From Octopus bimaculoides (lineage: Eukaryota): a DNA stretch of 64,000 bases. The notes beneath the pieces are model-generated. The model saw only the letters and a list, made by a program, of their open reading frames with translations, was not told the origin of the DNA and did not search any database. Shown one piece after another: positions 11,668 to 24,373 of the stretch. A program made the position numbers and the translations under genes. Positions within the stretch are counted from its first letter, which is position 1. Each line of letters starts with the position of its first letter. The stretch is from the NCBI RefSeq assembly GCF_001194135.2, contig NC_068987.1, positions 94,081,712 through 94,145,711 of the forward strand, read 5' to 3'.

Positions 11668-14655
11668 TTTCACATATAAAGACAGATTTATTAACTCTCT
11701 TGTGTTTTCCTTCTGATACTAACAAGCCCAAACATCCCTCACACTCTCCCTCATTGCTTTTCATACGCAAGTGCTTTTCACTCTCTAAATTGTTTCACTC
11801 TTCTTTTACTGACAATATTTCACACATATCAACTAATAATATAATCACGTTCAAGCAACATGCCAACAATTACAGCCTAATCTCCCTGAAAATCACACTG
11901 TTTCCGTATTAAACACGAAACATGGTCACGTGCCTCCACCAGTTTTGTTTCCTAATAATATACTTAATAAAGTATAGATTTTAATGAAATTTTGTAAACA
12001 TACGTTTCAAAGATAGGGATGATGATTATGCTGAGGAAAGACCTTTTAAATCAATTCTTTTTTAACAAAGGAAAAAAATTCATGTCTTTTAGACACTCTG
12101 CGCAGTATAAACATCTGTGGCATAATACTTGTTAAAATTATTCTTTATCAATATGAAATAGGAAAGTAAGCTAAACATAAATTCATCTCTATGATAATAA
12201 TGTATTATTATCATAGAGATAAATAAAAATATAGTGAGAAATTATTCAGTATTAATGTTGTGTATTTTCTATTTGAATTGTTGAAGGCTAAATATAAATT
12301 ACGAAACTATTTTTGAAAGTATCTTCTAATTTCGTGTTGATAACGAATAAAATCAGTTAAAAATAAAATTATAATTATTTTTATCTTGCGTAATAATCAT
12401 AATTTAATGATTAATTAAAAAGATATGAACTTTTCTTTCTCAGTTAAAAAATTAATTTTAACATATTCGTCACCTCCTTCTTTGGAAATGAATCTCAATA
12501 GTTTTATTAAGAAAGTTATGAAGCGAAAAAATCCGTTGGTGGAGGTGGTGCACCGAACTATTCTTATACAACATTCATGTAATATAGTCTGACATATAAT
12601 TAAAATTAAATTGCTGTGTTCATAATTGGATCAAATCTCATCTTATTTGTGCACAATCAGAATTAACCTTAAACTTCATAACAATATTTCCAATCCTACT
12701 TCCCAACCTGCGTATGGCATATGCATTTATAATGAATGCATATTACAATAATCTTCCCTCGACGGAAAATCTTCACCCATTGAATTTCATACGATCAGCT
12801 TTTGTTCCACGATGAATGCCCTTTTATGGTCAATTAATGATGTCCTATAAAAGTTACTGAAGATTAAAACCAAAGCACAGTCTATCGTACACATCTTGAA
12901 AATGTATTTATCAATTCACCATGACAGTCCACGGGTGGTCGGCAACTGAAGCAGTTATGTTCACACGAAGAGCTTCAAGGCGATGCTAATATCTTTTGGC
13001 GAAGTTATTCGAAGTTATTCAACAGAATTTCTCAAAATGCATCAGAAAAGTGCAACATGCCTCCCAGGTAGAAACTAAAATCAAAACGAACAGAAAACAC
13101 ACACACACACACAAACATGTACACACATACATGCATACACACACGTGTATATATGCATACACGCACACACACACATATATATATAAGCATGTATGTATAT
13201 GTACAAGAAAATAATATATACATATATATATTTTATGTATACAATCTATAAGTGAAATCATGTTACGTGCATATTCTAATTATGCTCTTTGCGCAAACGT
13301 TATGCATTTGTGTGTATGGGCAGGAAATATCTAGTTGCATCGGTTTGTGCGTCACAAGTTCTTGTTACCTTTGGATGTGTGTGCGAAAACAAGCTTTCCA
13401 CATTTTACCGATAATCTGTGCCGCTGACTTCCTTTTAAGAAAACCTGATACGTTCGGCCATCTTTTTATTCCTTTCTTTACTTCTCTTGTTATATCTATT
13501 TACTGATTTGTTTATTTTGCATCGGATTGTTAACTTATATGTTGCATGGTTAATATCATAATGATAAATGCATGGCATGTATTGTGGTTCGAGAGAAATT
13601 GCAAATAGAAACCATAACAAAAAAAAATGTCAAAGTTATCTACATGCAATTGGTGCTGTTCTTGCAATTGTTATAACCACGCAAATTCCCCATTAAATAA
13701 TTTGTGTTTGAAAATGGACAGATTATTGTGCAAAAGTATTTACATTGTATAATTTAGTTCCTAAGATTGACTGGGCATCGTTTTAAATTAAGGTTCAGGC
13801 AGCATCATCAGCTTTCAGGAATCTTGAAAGCGTTTGCACACAATTCTATCAAAATACATCAAATCTATAAAATGTAGTATTCAAAAGCATAACATTTTTG
13901 GGGGACGATTTCAGAAAATATCAAATCTTGCAATCAAGATGACGAGTGTTGAGATCTTAGAATTCCAAAGACAATGAATATGCTCTTATATAGGAATTTT
14001 GTTTTAAGCATACTTAGAAAGCTAAAAATTATTAACAAATATCATAATATTTGTCGAAATACTGGAAGAAGTTTGACTTACACTGAACAACCTCGTATGC
14101 GCTTTAAACAAATAAACATTTCACTGAATCTTATATTCCAATATATTGTCTCTTAAATGAAAGATTTTCATTGAAATCTTTCAAAATTCAGAATAGACGA
14201 TTATCGAAGAATACAACGTAACATTCTTAGACGACACATCGATCACATCAAGTTAATTTTTTTTCTTTATGAATGTGCATATTTAATTTATTTCTAATAT
14301 CATTATTATGTTTGGTTTAGTTCCGTTACTCGATGAGAAGCAAAAAAACGTGAAACTAAAAACGTAACTTGCAGATGAAAATCATTTTTATTGTTTCTTG
14401 TTCTTATCATTTATTTATTACGGCTGTGTTTTTCTCATTCGTATAAACCTGCCTCTGTACACACATAGCCCAGGCCTAAGACGGCAAACCGAAATTACTT
14501 GGTATAAGGGGTGGGGAGGGGGGCAAAAACAACAAAATACCGAACACTATAATCTAAAACACCTGGGTTGGAGTGCGAGGTGCTTGATATGCCGTGAGTA
14601 ACACGGGGATAATGTACTGAAGACATAAGGCACATAAAGAAAGTTAATGGAGCCG

Positions 14656-14656
<1 letters not shown>

Positions 14657-14725
<69 letters not shown>

Positions 14726-14769
14726 CAACAACAATAATATGATGTAATAATACAGAGTTGTCATGATGA

Positions 14770-14817
<48 letters not shown>

Positions 14818-14818
14818 C
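14657..14818. repeat. (AAT)n and (GAAA)n microsatellites
   Basis: Read directly; explains the poly-L, poly-I and FLS ORFs. Confidence 0.95.
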
Positions 14819-15944
14819 CAAGTAAATGACTGACGTACTTTGGACCTAGCAATGTGTTTGTGGTTAAGAAACTGAAATGAGCAGGTTCATCAAAATAGTC
14901 TCAGATGTTAGCCTCATCCTGACATTCTAAGGAGCAGCAAAACTGTTTAATAAAGAAATTGTGCGTAAATTTTAACAAAGACTGGGAAAGTCTTCGGTCA
15001 AATTCCTTAGAATTGTAACGTGAAGAGTAGTTTTTTTCTCAGCGGTGACATTTAGTAATTCTTATATAGAAAAACGGATGAAAACATAAAGCTTCCACTG
15101 TAATCCCTGGTCATTTAAAGTTAACACGTTATACTTTCAATTGTTAATTACACATAAATCAGCCCTAATTAACCAGAGGTATTCCACCCTTGACACCGCC
15201 ATTTATTTCACCCAAATTGTATACTTCTGAGCAGAAACTCCAAAATGCCCCTATCTCTTCGAGACTATAACATATTGTGCAATGTTACTTTTAGTCCCAA
15301 GTCGATCTATATTCTACAAAGACAGTGAAGAATGTATATTTCCCGGAAGTAGATTTTCATGTCTTCCTTTTGGTAGGACATCAGCCAAAAGAAACAGTTA
15401 AGAACATCACTCGTCTGGTGATTGTATTGGTAATTCTAGTGTTCCTTAGATCTTGTAATGGTTAGCTGGTGGAAATAGGTGTTCTGCTGATAGTGCATGT
15501 GTTGTAAAAGCACACATACACACACACACACTTGTATTTCAGATTTTTGTCACTTTATGTTTTAATAGCTGTAATAGTCTGAAGCAATATAAACTTTCAT
15601 TAGAGCAACTTCCTGTTTAACAGATTTACATTTCCTCTTCTTTCAACTCAACATTACTATACCTCTTCACTTTTCTTTATAGCTAAACGGTTATATGTGT
15701 GTGTGTTTATACATATATGCACACACATATACAGTGAGAGAGATACCCACACACAAACAGAGAGGTGTGAGAGTGAGAGAGTGGGAGAGATAACGAGTTC
15801 ATATCTCGTATGTTCCTCTCATGTCTATTCGTATATTTTCTCACCTGGACCCAGTATATTCTTATGTTTTCACACCTGGATACGGTTACAATTCAACATT
15901 AATTGCATGTTCTCAAACAAGTTTTCACAATAATATCGACAATA

Positions 15945-15983
15945 ATAATGTTGATGATAGTGATGATGATGATGAGGATGATT

Positions 15984-16030
<47 letters not shown>

Positions 16031-16445
16031 GGTGGTAGTGGTGGTGGTAGTGATGGTCATTGAATTGGTGGTGGTTGTGGTGGTGTTGGCCGTGGTGGTG
16101 GGAGTGGTAGCGGTGGTGGTGGTTGTGGTGGTGGTGGTGGTGGTGGTAGTGGTGGTGGTAGTGATGGTCATTGAATTGGTGTTTGTGGTGGTGTTGGTGA
16201 TGGTCGTAGAGGTGTTGGTGCTGGTCGTCGCCGTCGTCACCGTCGTCGTTATGGTGGTGGTGGTGGTGGTTGTAGTGATGGTCATTGAATTGGTGGTGGT
16301 TGTGGTGGTGTTGGTCGTGGTGGTGGTAGTGGTAGCGGTGGTGGTGGTTATGGTGGTGGTGGTGGTGATACCTATGGCAGTGGTGTCTATTGATAACGAC
16401 GATGGCGGTGGTGCCTGGAGTGGTTGTGGTGGCGGTGCTTGTAGT
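15945..16445. repeat. Compound (GAT)n/(GGT)n triplet repeat with three ~111-114-bp higher-order units
   Basis: Marker tgatggtcattgaattggtg recurs at 16051, 16162 and 16276. Confidence 0.9.
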
Positions 16446-17113
16446 AGCGTTCACTGCTAGGATGTCTAGAGTGATGTCTAAGTGTCTGATGCGGTGGAGT
16501 TAGGAATGCCGTGTATGATAGCGAACAGAGTGTATAATGTTGCTGTTGCTCAGCTGACTTCACCGCAATCATGTTTCGTTTACAACTTTTACCCGTAATT
16601 CTATTTTCATTATCTCGGTTGCTTTGACAAGTGAGTCTATTTACTGAGGATCCAAAATTCTTTCTTAACACAAACCAAACGAAGATATTTACATCAGAAA
16701 ATCGCTGACGGAAAATAACTTTAGGAAAACATTCTGCACGCTAAATAGTTTCATATTTAACAATATGTTAGAGCTTCATATTTAACAAAAAAAAAGAAGA
16801 AAAAGAGAGATACCCTGGTAAGTTCATCTCATTGAAAATTGGAGACAACACAGACAAGATGGAATTTTGTCAAATAATTAATTGAATGGCTTCAGCAGGA
16901 GTCTAACCTATTTTTATTTCGAATAAATACATTCCGCTGTGGTACTTTCCCTCAAGTACTACATTTCCTTTATATTCTTCAGAACCAGCGTCATTTGACT
17001 CCTGTTATATATGTGTGTGTGTGAGAGAGTGTGTGTGTGTGTGTGTATGTGCGAGTGTGTGCGCGCACACGCGTGTGTGATGCCATAATTGTATGTATAT
17101 AAATGTATCTCCA

Positions 17114-17172
<59 letters not shown>

Positions 17173-17210
17173 ATGTGTGTGCGTGTGTGTGAGTGTATGT
17201 GTGTGTGTGT

Positions 17211-17505
17211 AGGCGTGTGGCTTAGTGGTTAAGGCTTTCGGCTCACGATCGTAATTAAGGTCGTGAGTTCAATTCCCAGCGACACATTGTGTCCTTGAGC
17301 AAGACACTTTATTTCACGTTGCTCCAGTCCACTCAACTGGCAAAAATGAGTAGTACCTGTAATTCAAAGGGCCAGCATTGTCACATTCTGTGTCACGCTA
17401 AACGTGTCTGTGGAGTGCTCAGCCACTTGCACGTTAATTTCACGAGCAAGCTGTTCCGTTGATTGTATTAGCTGGGACCCACGTCGTCGTAACCGACAAG
17501 TGCTC
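17211..17505 (+). mobile_element. tRNA-derived SINE with A and B boxes and a conserved-core-like domain
   Basis: A-box TGGCTTAGTGG, B-box GAGTTCAATTCC, then tgtgtccttgagcaagacactttatttcacgttgctccagtccactc. Confidence 0.85.
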
Positions 17506-17531
17506 CATATATATATATATATGGAGAGAGA

Positions 17532-17572
<41 letters not shown>

Positions 17573-19069
17573 TGGAATATATTCCCCGAGGAAGTTTAAT
17601 AAGACCTAAACATGCTCCTGTCTTTCACCAGTTAGTTTTAAAGACCAGATCCATTCAAATCTACTTCGATTTCATTGCAAAAACTGTCCATCAAATGCTT
17701 TTATTTGAGTTATTTCCGTTAATCGCTGTTACATTCAAGGGCACAGTTTTCGTCAAATGACTGATTGAATACCCTCCCCTAATGCAAGTTTTACATGACA
17801 TACAGTAAGTATTACGTGTGTGAGACCTCGCTCTAATTGCTATACGACAGCACATGCTTTCATGTGTTGCTACAGAGACTGTGTATGTGAGTATATGTGT
17901 CTCTACTGGTTGCGTGTGTGAGTGTGTATTGCGTGTGCTTGCTGACGCATTTGTCTGCATGTATGCCTTTGTTATTTCGTACATCAGTTCCTATTGTTTA
18001 TGTGCGTCTGTGTGTGTATGTGTTTGCTTGTGTGTGTGTGTGTGTGTGTGCGTGTGTGTGTGTACATATATATACACACTGTTGCTTATATGTTTATTTG
18101 TGTTTGTGTTGAGTTTTATGGCAATGTGTGAACGGTGATTTATGACATTTTCTGTATATATTTATTTAACGCCTCCTAAACCTCTGCCGTTCCAGCGGTA
18201 TGTAAATACGTGCTTGTGGTTATGTAAGCGAATATCTATGTGTCTGCGTGTGTATGTAGATGTGCACCCGTGTGTGAATGTGTGCGTTGGTGTGTGTTTG
18301 ATTTTGATTCATATATGTATGCCTCTATGTAATCGTGTTTTGCTAGAGGTGAGATCAACAACGCGAATGTTTATTGTTTAGAACGAGGCGGTATTTGATG
18401 TTTATACATCGCTGTATGTGTGTGTGTATATATATATATATATTACCATGCTTTTTTGATTCTTTGGATTCTTTCCATGAAGAAAGAGCTTATTTCTAAC
18501 AAAGAAATAAAGCTACACCACTGGAATTTAGATAACAATGGGGATGAGTTACATGTAGAGTTTTAGAAAAGTCTTGCATTTTTCAAGGCTCTGCTTACAG
18601 ATTAAATTTGAAACATTCCTATAAGCTGCTCATTTTCTTTATACGAAAACTTCAGATTTTCGAGAATGGGACTTAAATATTTCTTAACATATTCAAGTTC
18701 ACTTATAATTACGTAATCCAGTTATTGAAACTCTCAGATTTGTCTGTAACTATTCTCTTTCCGGCTAATTTTAAAATAACCTTTCGTACCTTCAGGGCAG
18801 CTAAAAATAAATAGCTGTACGTAATGATTCTGTCTTGGCCCACACATCCGGCTCACGATTGAATTTTGACGGATGACTCGTCCATTATATACCTTATGTC
18901 GTAACGTATGTTTGTACCTGCAGCAAACGTATCTGTCTTCAAAAACCACATTCTCTATTTCTAACCCAACTTCTGGTCAGTTATTTTTTGTCAAGTAATG
19001 ATACACGTCCTTTCCTCTGGATTATCTGCTCCTTCTTCCCTTTTCTCCTCTCTGGAATGTCCCTTCTTT

Positions 19070-19096
19070 CCAACGAAGAGCCATGCTCGAAACGTC
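19070..19096 (+). ncRNA. Degenerate minimal hammerhead-like relic
   Basis: CCAACGA-A-GAGC-CAU-GCUC-GAAAC-GUC. The first core segment is mutated and stem I is not evident. Confidence 0.35.
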
Positions 19097-19448
19097 ATTC
19101 TGATTTCCCATTTAAAACTTCCACTGAGCGTCTCAATCTAATAGACTCACTATATTCACGTCTAAATGACGTTGTTTTTTGCGGTTTGTTTATTCTCGAT
19201 TTGCCTAAACATGGCAAATCAGACAAGTATATTTGAGTAAGTGCGGAGGTATAAATATATAAATGTTTCTATACTTGCAAGTTTAAATGCATGAACTTCT
19301 ATATCTACGTATACAGATATTCTTTTACATGTTTCAGTCATTGACTGAGGCCATGCTGGAGCACCGCCCTATGCGTGGTTTTCTGATCTTACTTTTTCAA
19401 TTCTTCTCAAAATTCGTCGGTGTGGCTGTGTGGTAATAAGTTTGCTGT

Positions 19449-20458
19449 TGTAAGGGACCGTGCGATGCGAGGTGACGAGAATGGCTCCTTAGTACGTCAC
19501 GCGGTTGATACAATAAATATATAATTGACTCGTACATGTAAGTGCCAGAGAGAAAAAGGGGAGACACAACCACGTAGAATGAAGAAGAGAACATTTATTG
19601 ATATGTTAACGTGTGTGTCTGTGTGTGCGTCCTGTATACAGAATAATAAGGCAGGCCGTAGTGAGAACAACGGGTATGTGCGTGCGTGAGCATTGATGTA
19701 GGCGCGTAAGTTAAGTGCGAATAAGAATGGTAATGAAGAAGGAAAACAGTGAAAGAGTGTATAGCCATCGAAGTGAGAAGTTCATAGACACAAGGAGGAG
19801 GATATCAATTCGTAGTGAATTGTACGCAGTAGTTGAAATACAGTATCAAGAAGTTGCAGCCATGATGCTGAGCCGGTTGCAGGTACATGTCGTATGTGAA
19901 GTCGTGGATGTGATGCTGCTGCCTGGGTCACTTGGTACAGGAGTTCTTGCAGTTTGTATCTTCACTGTTGATCCATGGTGAAGTAATTCACGAACAGTGA
20001 AGTGTTGGAGCCTGGGCGAGTTGTTGGAACATGTTGCTTGCTGAGTTGTGTACGTAGAGGGATGATGCTGTCGACGTTAAGAACATGAAGGTGGCGACGA
20101 AGACGGACGTTGCCGTAATGCTGTTGGACGAAGTTGGTAAGTCTCAGCATGGCTGCTGTGGTGTCGTCGCTGGAACTGGCTGTGTCTTGTGTGGTCAGTG
20201 GCTTGATCTAAGAAGGTCTGGAACCGAAAGACTTCGAAAGAAGAGAGCTGTCTCGCGTGATTTTATTTAGAGGCTCCGATTGGTTATACGCGGCAAATTG
20301 GCGCGACAGAGTAAGAGACAAATTGAGCCAATGCCAACCAATCAGAGTAGTGGACACAACGGGGTCAAAATAGCGGCCATAGGCTGTTACCTGCTACGTT
20401 CGAATGCACGTATATATAATAAAGGGGAGAGAGGAATTTCACTCGAGTGTACGCTACA
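19449..20458 (-). mobile_element. Solo LTR (1010 bp)
   Basis: TGTA...TACA ends, 4-bp TSD-like flanks ctgt/ttgt (1 mismatch), CCAAT cluster and TATA-like site near the minus 5' end, AATAAA at 19594-19599 (-). Confidence 0.7.
20261..20342 (-). promoter_or_regulatory. LTR promoter-like cluster: four CCAAT boxes and a TATA-like TAAATAAAA
   Basis: CCAAT/ATTGG at 20279, 20297, 20328 and 20338; ctaaataaaa at 20261-20270 on the minus strand. Confidence 0.5.
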
Positions 20459-20594
20459 TTGTCATACCACATCGTCCCGGGTTCAGTACGACTGCATGGC
20501 ACCTTGAGCAAGTATCTTTTACTACAGCCCCAGGTCGACCAGATCGTTGTGAGTGGATTTGGTAGACAGAAACTGAAAGAAGAAAGTTGTGCAT

Positions 20595-20672
<78 letters not shown>

Positions 20673-21029
20673 ATAGCAGCAGTGCAGTGACTGAAATAAG
20701 TCACAAATAAAAGGAATCAGTCATTTCTCTAGCAAAGAAAGAAATTATGTGATTGGAACGTTGACAGTGGGTGGGTTCTTTCTAGTTTTATGGAACCCAG
20801 TTTCTCACGATTGGTAACTGAAGTTATTATTCACGAATCCAAGTGCTCTAAAATTTATTAGTTGAAATCAAAGCATGCAGTGCAGATGAAATCACAGCAG
20901 ATTCCTCGACAGCTCGACAAATCTTTAACCTTATGTTAACATCTGCTGCGAAACTGATTTCAACTACTGCGAAGAGTATTTTTATTTCCGTCCCAGATCA
21001 TTTTGTCTGGTCTATTTATGGCTGTCAGT

Positions 21030-21200
21030 CAGTATGGTACATAAAACTCTGCGTTCATTGTTGCTTTGAACAGGTTGACGTGGGCTTTTTGTACCAATAA
21101 GCAACTATCACCTCTCTTCCTGGTGATTTTCTGTTCGACACTTTTGCAACAACTGTCAGGATGCCTTTAATTACAATATTTTCTGGCATTCGTTTCCACC
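21030..21200 (-). mobile_element. RLE-type LINE RT fragment
   Basis: SNRKSPGREVIVAYWYKK resembles the KSPG-D-I--FW-K motif at the start of RLE-clade RTs. Confidence 0.5.
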
Positions 21201-21359
21201 ATTCTCACCCCGTAACTCATTTCACTAGGGTTGTCTAGTTTGTTTCCATGTATATACATTTGTATGTACACCTGTATATATGTACGCATGTATGTATGTA
21301 TGTATGTACGTACGTATGTATGTATGTATGTATGTATGTATGTATGTATGTCTCTTCTA

Positions 21360-21715
21360 CTTTTTAATTATTATAAATCTTCTACTGAGGAGGGAGCCGG
21401 TTTCCAACAAATATGCAAGGTTTCATCTTTGGTATGTAGTTAACACAGACAATTTCACATTTGGAACTTGAGAAAAGTCTGGTATATTTTTACAGTTTCC
21501 TTCACAGATTGCCCTTGTAAAGTGCGAATTAGCCGGTCGATTTCTCTTTCTGGCAATCCCAGTTTATCCAGATTCTTTTTTAAGCATTTACTAACCAAAC
21601 CTAGTACTCTAATTATTATTGGTATGAATATGAATTCATAGTCTGGATATAGAAGCTGGAGGTCTCGAAGAAGTTGTCCATAGATATCTTCTTCTTTTAA
21701 AAAGTATTTATACAT
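21360..21715 (-). mobile_element. 3' end of RLE-type LINE
   Basis: ORF 21455-21715: KEEDIYGQLLRDLQLLYPDYEFIFIPIIIRVLGLVSKCL..LIRTLQGQSVKETVKIYQTFLKF; (TACA)n tail. Confidence 0.85.
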
Positions 21716-21820
21716 TATTCAGTTTATTTCAAGATTTCTGGCCAATAAAGAAAGAACCGGTTTCTAACCTAGATCCAGGGCTCCTTCATTGGAATTTCAA
21801 CATCAACAACATGGTATTTT
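21716..21820 (-). mobile_element. LINE 3'-UTR-like repeat fragment, similar to 2865-2973
   Basis: Alignment by eye to the 2.9-kb copy. Confidence 0.6.
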
Positions 21821-22240
21821 TGCTCGTATGTATGTATGTATGTATGTATGTGCAGATTGTATGTTTTATGTATGTATTCTCATATATATAGCTGCATATC
21901 GAGAAATGGTGATATATATTTAAATGATAAATGTATGTATGTATGTATGTATGTGTGTGTTATGTGTATAAGTGTGCGTAATAAGTTCCAAAATATAAAC
22001 AGAATTTATTATAATTTCCAAAATTTAAACAGAAAAGTGTGAAAGGAACAAGTGGGAAATTCATGCATGAAACCGGATGTTGCTTATTTGTCGTAAGTTG
22101 TCGCCAAAAATATCATTACAATTTCACACCTTTAACAATGATATTTGTCACTTTTGGTGGCGTCAACAGCGATAAGATCCTTGTAATAGTGAGTCACCAT
22201 TGGGTGTCAGTGACGAAAGCAAATGTAAGTGTGTGTGTGT

Positions 22241-22293
<53 letters not shown>

Positions 22294-22380
22294 TATGTAT
22301 AAGGTTCAAAATTATCGAAATAAATAAATAAACAGCCAAAAAGTAACAAATACTTTAACCAGCAGGGAAGCTGGAAGAAG

Positions 22381-22418
22381 TCTTTGAGGTTTCGAGCCTA
22401 GCCTCTTCTACAGAAAGA
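22381..22418 (-). ncRNA. Minimal hammerhead-like relic with variant core CUGUAGA
   Basis: UCUUU-CUGUAGA-A-GAG-GCUAGG-CUC-GAAAC-CUC-AAAGA; stem I UCUUU/AAAGA is perfect but the cleavage triplet is mutated. Confidence 0.45.
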
Positions 22419-22610
22419 AATGAGGAGAGGAAAGAGATGCAGAGAAGGAAAAAAGATGGAGACAAAAGATTTGTCCTGATTAACGGTTGCACATGCTTAA
22501 TAGACCTGAAGGAAGGAAGTGGTTGGAGACATGGCTCGCAAAGGAGACAAGAGGTGCTCGCTTAAAGTGTCAGCGTGTGCAAGTATGTTTGTGTTTTATG
22601 CATACATCCT

Positions 22611-22664
22611 AACCCGATACGAAATCCCACCCCGATACGAAATCCCAAACTGATACGAAATCGA
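22611..22664 (+). repeat. 18-bp tandem repeat, three copies
   Basis: aacccgatacgaaatccc / accccgatacgaaatccc / aaactgatacgaaatcga. Confidence 0.9.
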
Positions 22665-22744
22665 ATTCATATGATCTATATTGATTGTTGGTCTTTACGA
22701 CCAAGTGTTTTTTTTTTCCTTTTATTTTCTTTATTTGTCTCAGT

Positions 22745-22948
22745 CTTTAGATTGCGACCATGCTGGTGCACTGCCTTGAAAAAGTTTTAGTAGAAATGAA
22801 CCGACCCCAGTACCTTTTGTTTTTAAGTCTCCTATTCATTCTACTGGTCTATTTTGCCTAACAACTAAGCTATGGGGACGTAAACAAACCAGCACCGGTT
22901 GTGAAGTGGTGCTGGTGACAAACACACACACGCGCACACATCTACCCT

Positions 22949-23001
<53 letters not shown>

Positions 23002-23160
23002 ATACGAGGGATCTTCTCATTTTCCGTTAACCAAATCCACTTACAAGGATTTGGCCGGCTGTGGCTATAGTAAAATACACTTGCCCAAGGTGACACGCAG
23101 TGGGATTGAACGTGGAACTATGTGATCTGAAAGGAAACAACTTTCCACACATCCACGCCT
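22745..23160 (-). mobile_element. Near full-length composite SINE
   Basis: Head 23020-23160, internal (TA)/(CA)n, 3' half 22745-22920. Confidence 0.85.
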
Positions 23161-23662
23161 GCTACACTACAGCTGGTTTACAAATTTACAAGTTATTTGC
23201 ACACAAAGTCGCTGAACCGGCTAGAAACAGAAGCTAAATCCCGCTTAAACGCCTTGAAAATACGAGGCATAATGTTGTAGTAGATATAATGTTTAAAACT
23301 TCAGACGCGATTGCCATGGGTGGAATGGTTTTGTTCATAGGTATGTTACATCAGAGGTTATACGTTTTTTTCTTTTCAAGGGTTGATGACGATGACGACA
23401 ACGCCGCCGAAATCATAAACAAAAATTACAACTACGACCAGAAATGTTTTAAATTAGTTGCATGACGGACTTGGAAAATGAGATACAAGAGAAGTTCCTT
23501 TTCCTGCACGACCACCACCCCGCCACCTGCCTCCTTCTCTTCATCATCATTATCATCATCAGCTGCCTCATACACGCGTTCCGATGTATGTGTGTGTGTG
23601 CGCGTGTGTGCATACCTGTATGTCCTCTCTTACCAGGGTTTTCCTTTTCTTTTCGTCTTCTC

Positions 23663-24002
<340 letters not shown>

Positions 24003-24337
24003 ATATGTGTGTGATTGCATTTATGTACTGTATAGTGCAGGTATGTATGTGTATGAATTCGCGTGAAGTAGGTGTGAAGGGGAGACGAAATTGTTGAAGT
24101 CGAGGCAGGACAAGCAGCCAAGTAAGGAGAAAAGTAGACAATGGGCCAACCACACTCTCCGTATTTGCCAAGTGTAAGAAAGTCAAAGTAGAAGAATGTG
24201 ACCTTTGGCAGGTATTTCATCTTTAATCATTTCAATTATAGAAGTACAGCCTGGGGAGTTAGAGAGAGTGACAGAGAGATATAGACAGAGAACGAGAGAG
24301 AGAGAGGGAGAGACAGACAGAGACAGAGATGGGCGTT

Positions 24338-24373
<36 letters not shown>

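Larger units (their letters stand above)
19416..20600 (+). mobile_element. SINE head split by the LTR insertion (19416-19448 and 20459-20600)
   Basis: gtggctgtgtggtaataagtttgctgt resumes as cataccacatcgtcccgggttcag after 1010 bp, with consensus spacing restored. Confidence 0.8.

Noticed and set aside
12780-12960. Possible Helitron helicase C-terminal remnant on the minus strand
   Set aside because: Only a few residues resemble QFP-RL-FAMTINKSQG; not supportable by eye.
22611-22664. CRISPR-like direct repeats
   Set aside because: The units are contiguous with no spacers, in a eukaryotic context; no CRISPR array anywhere in the window.
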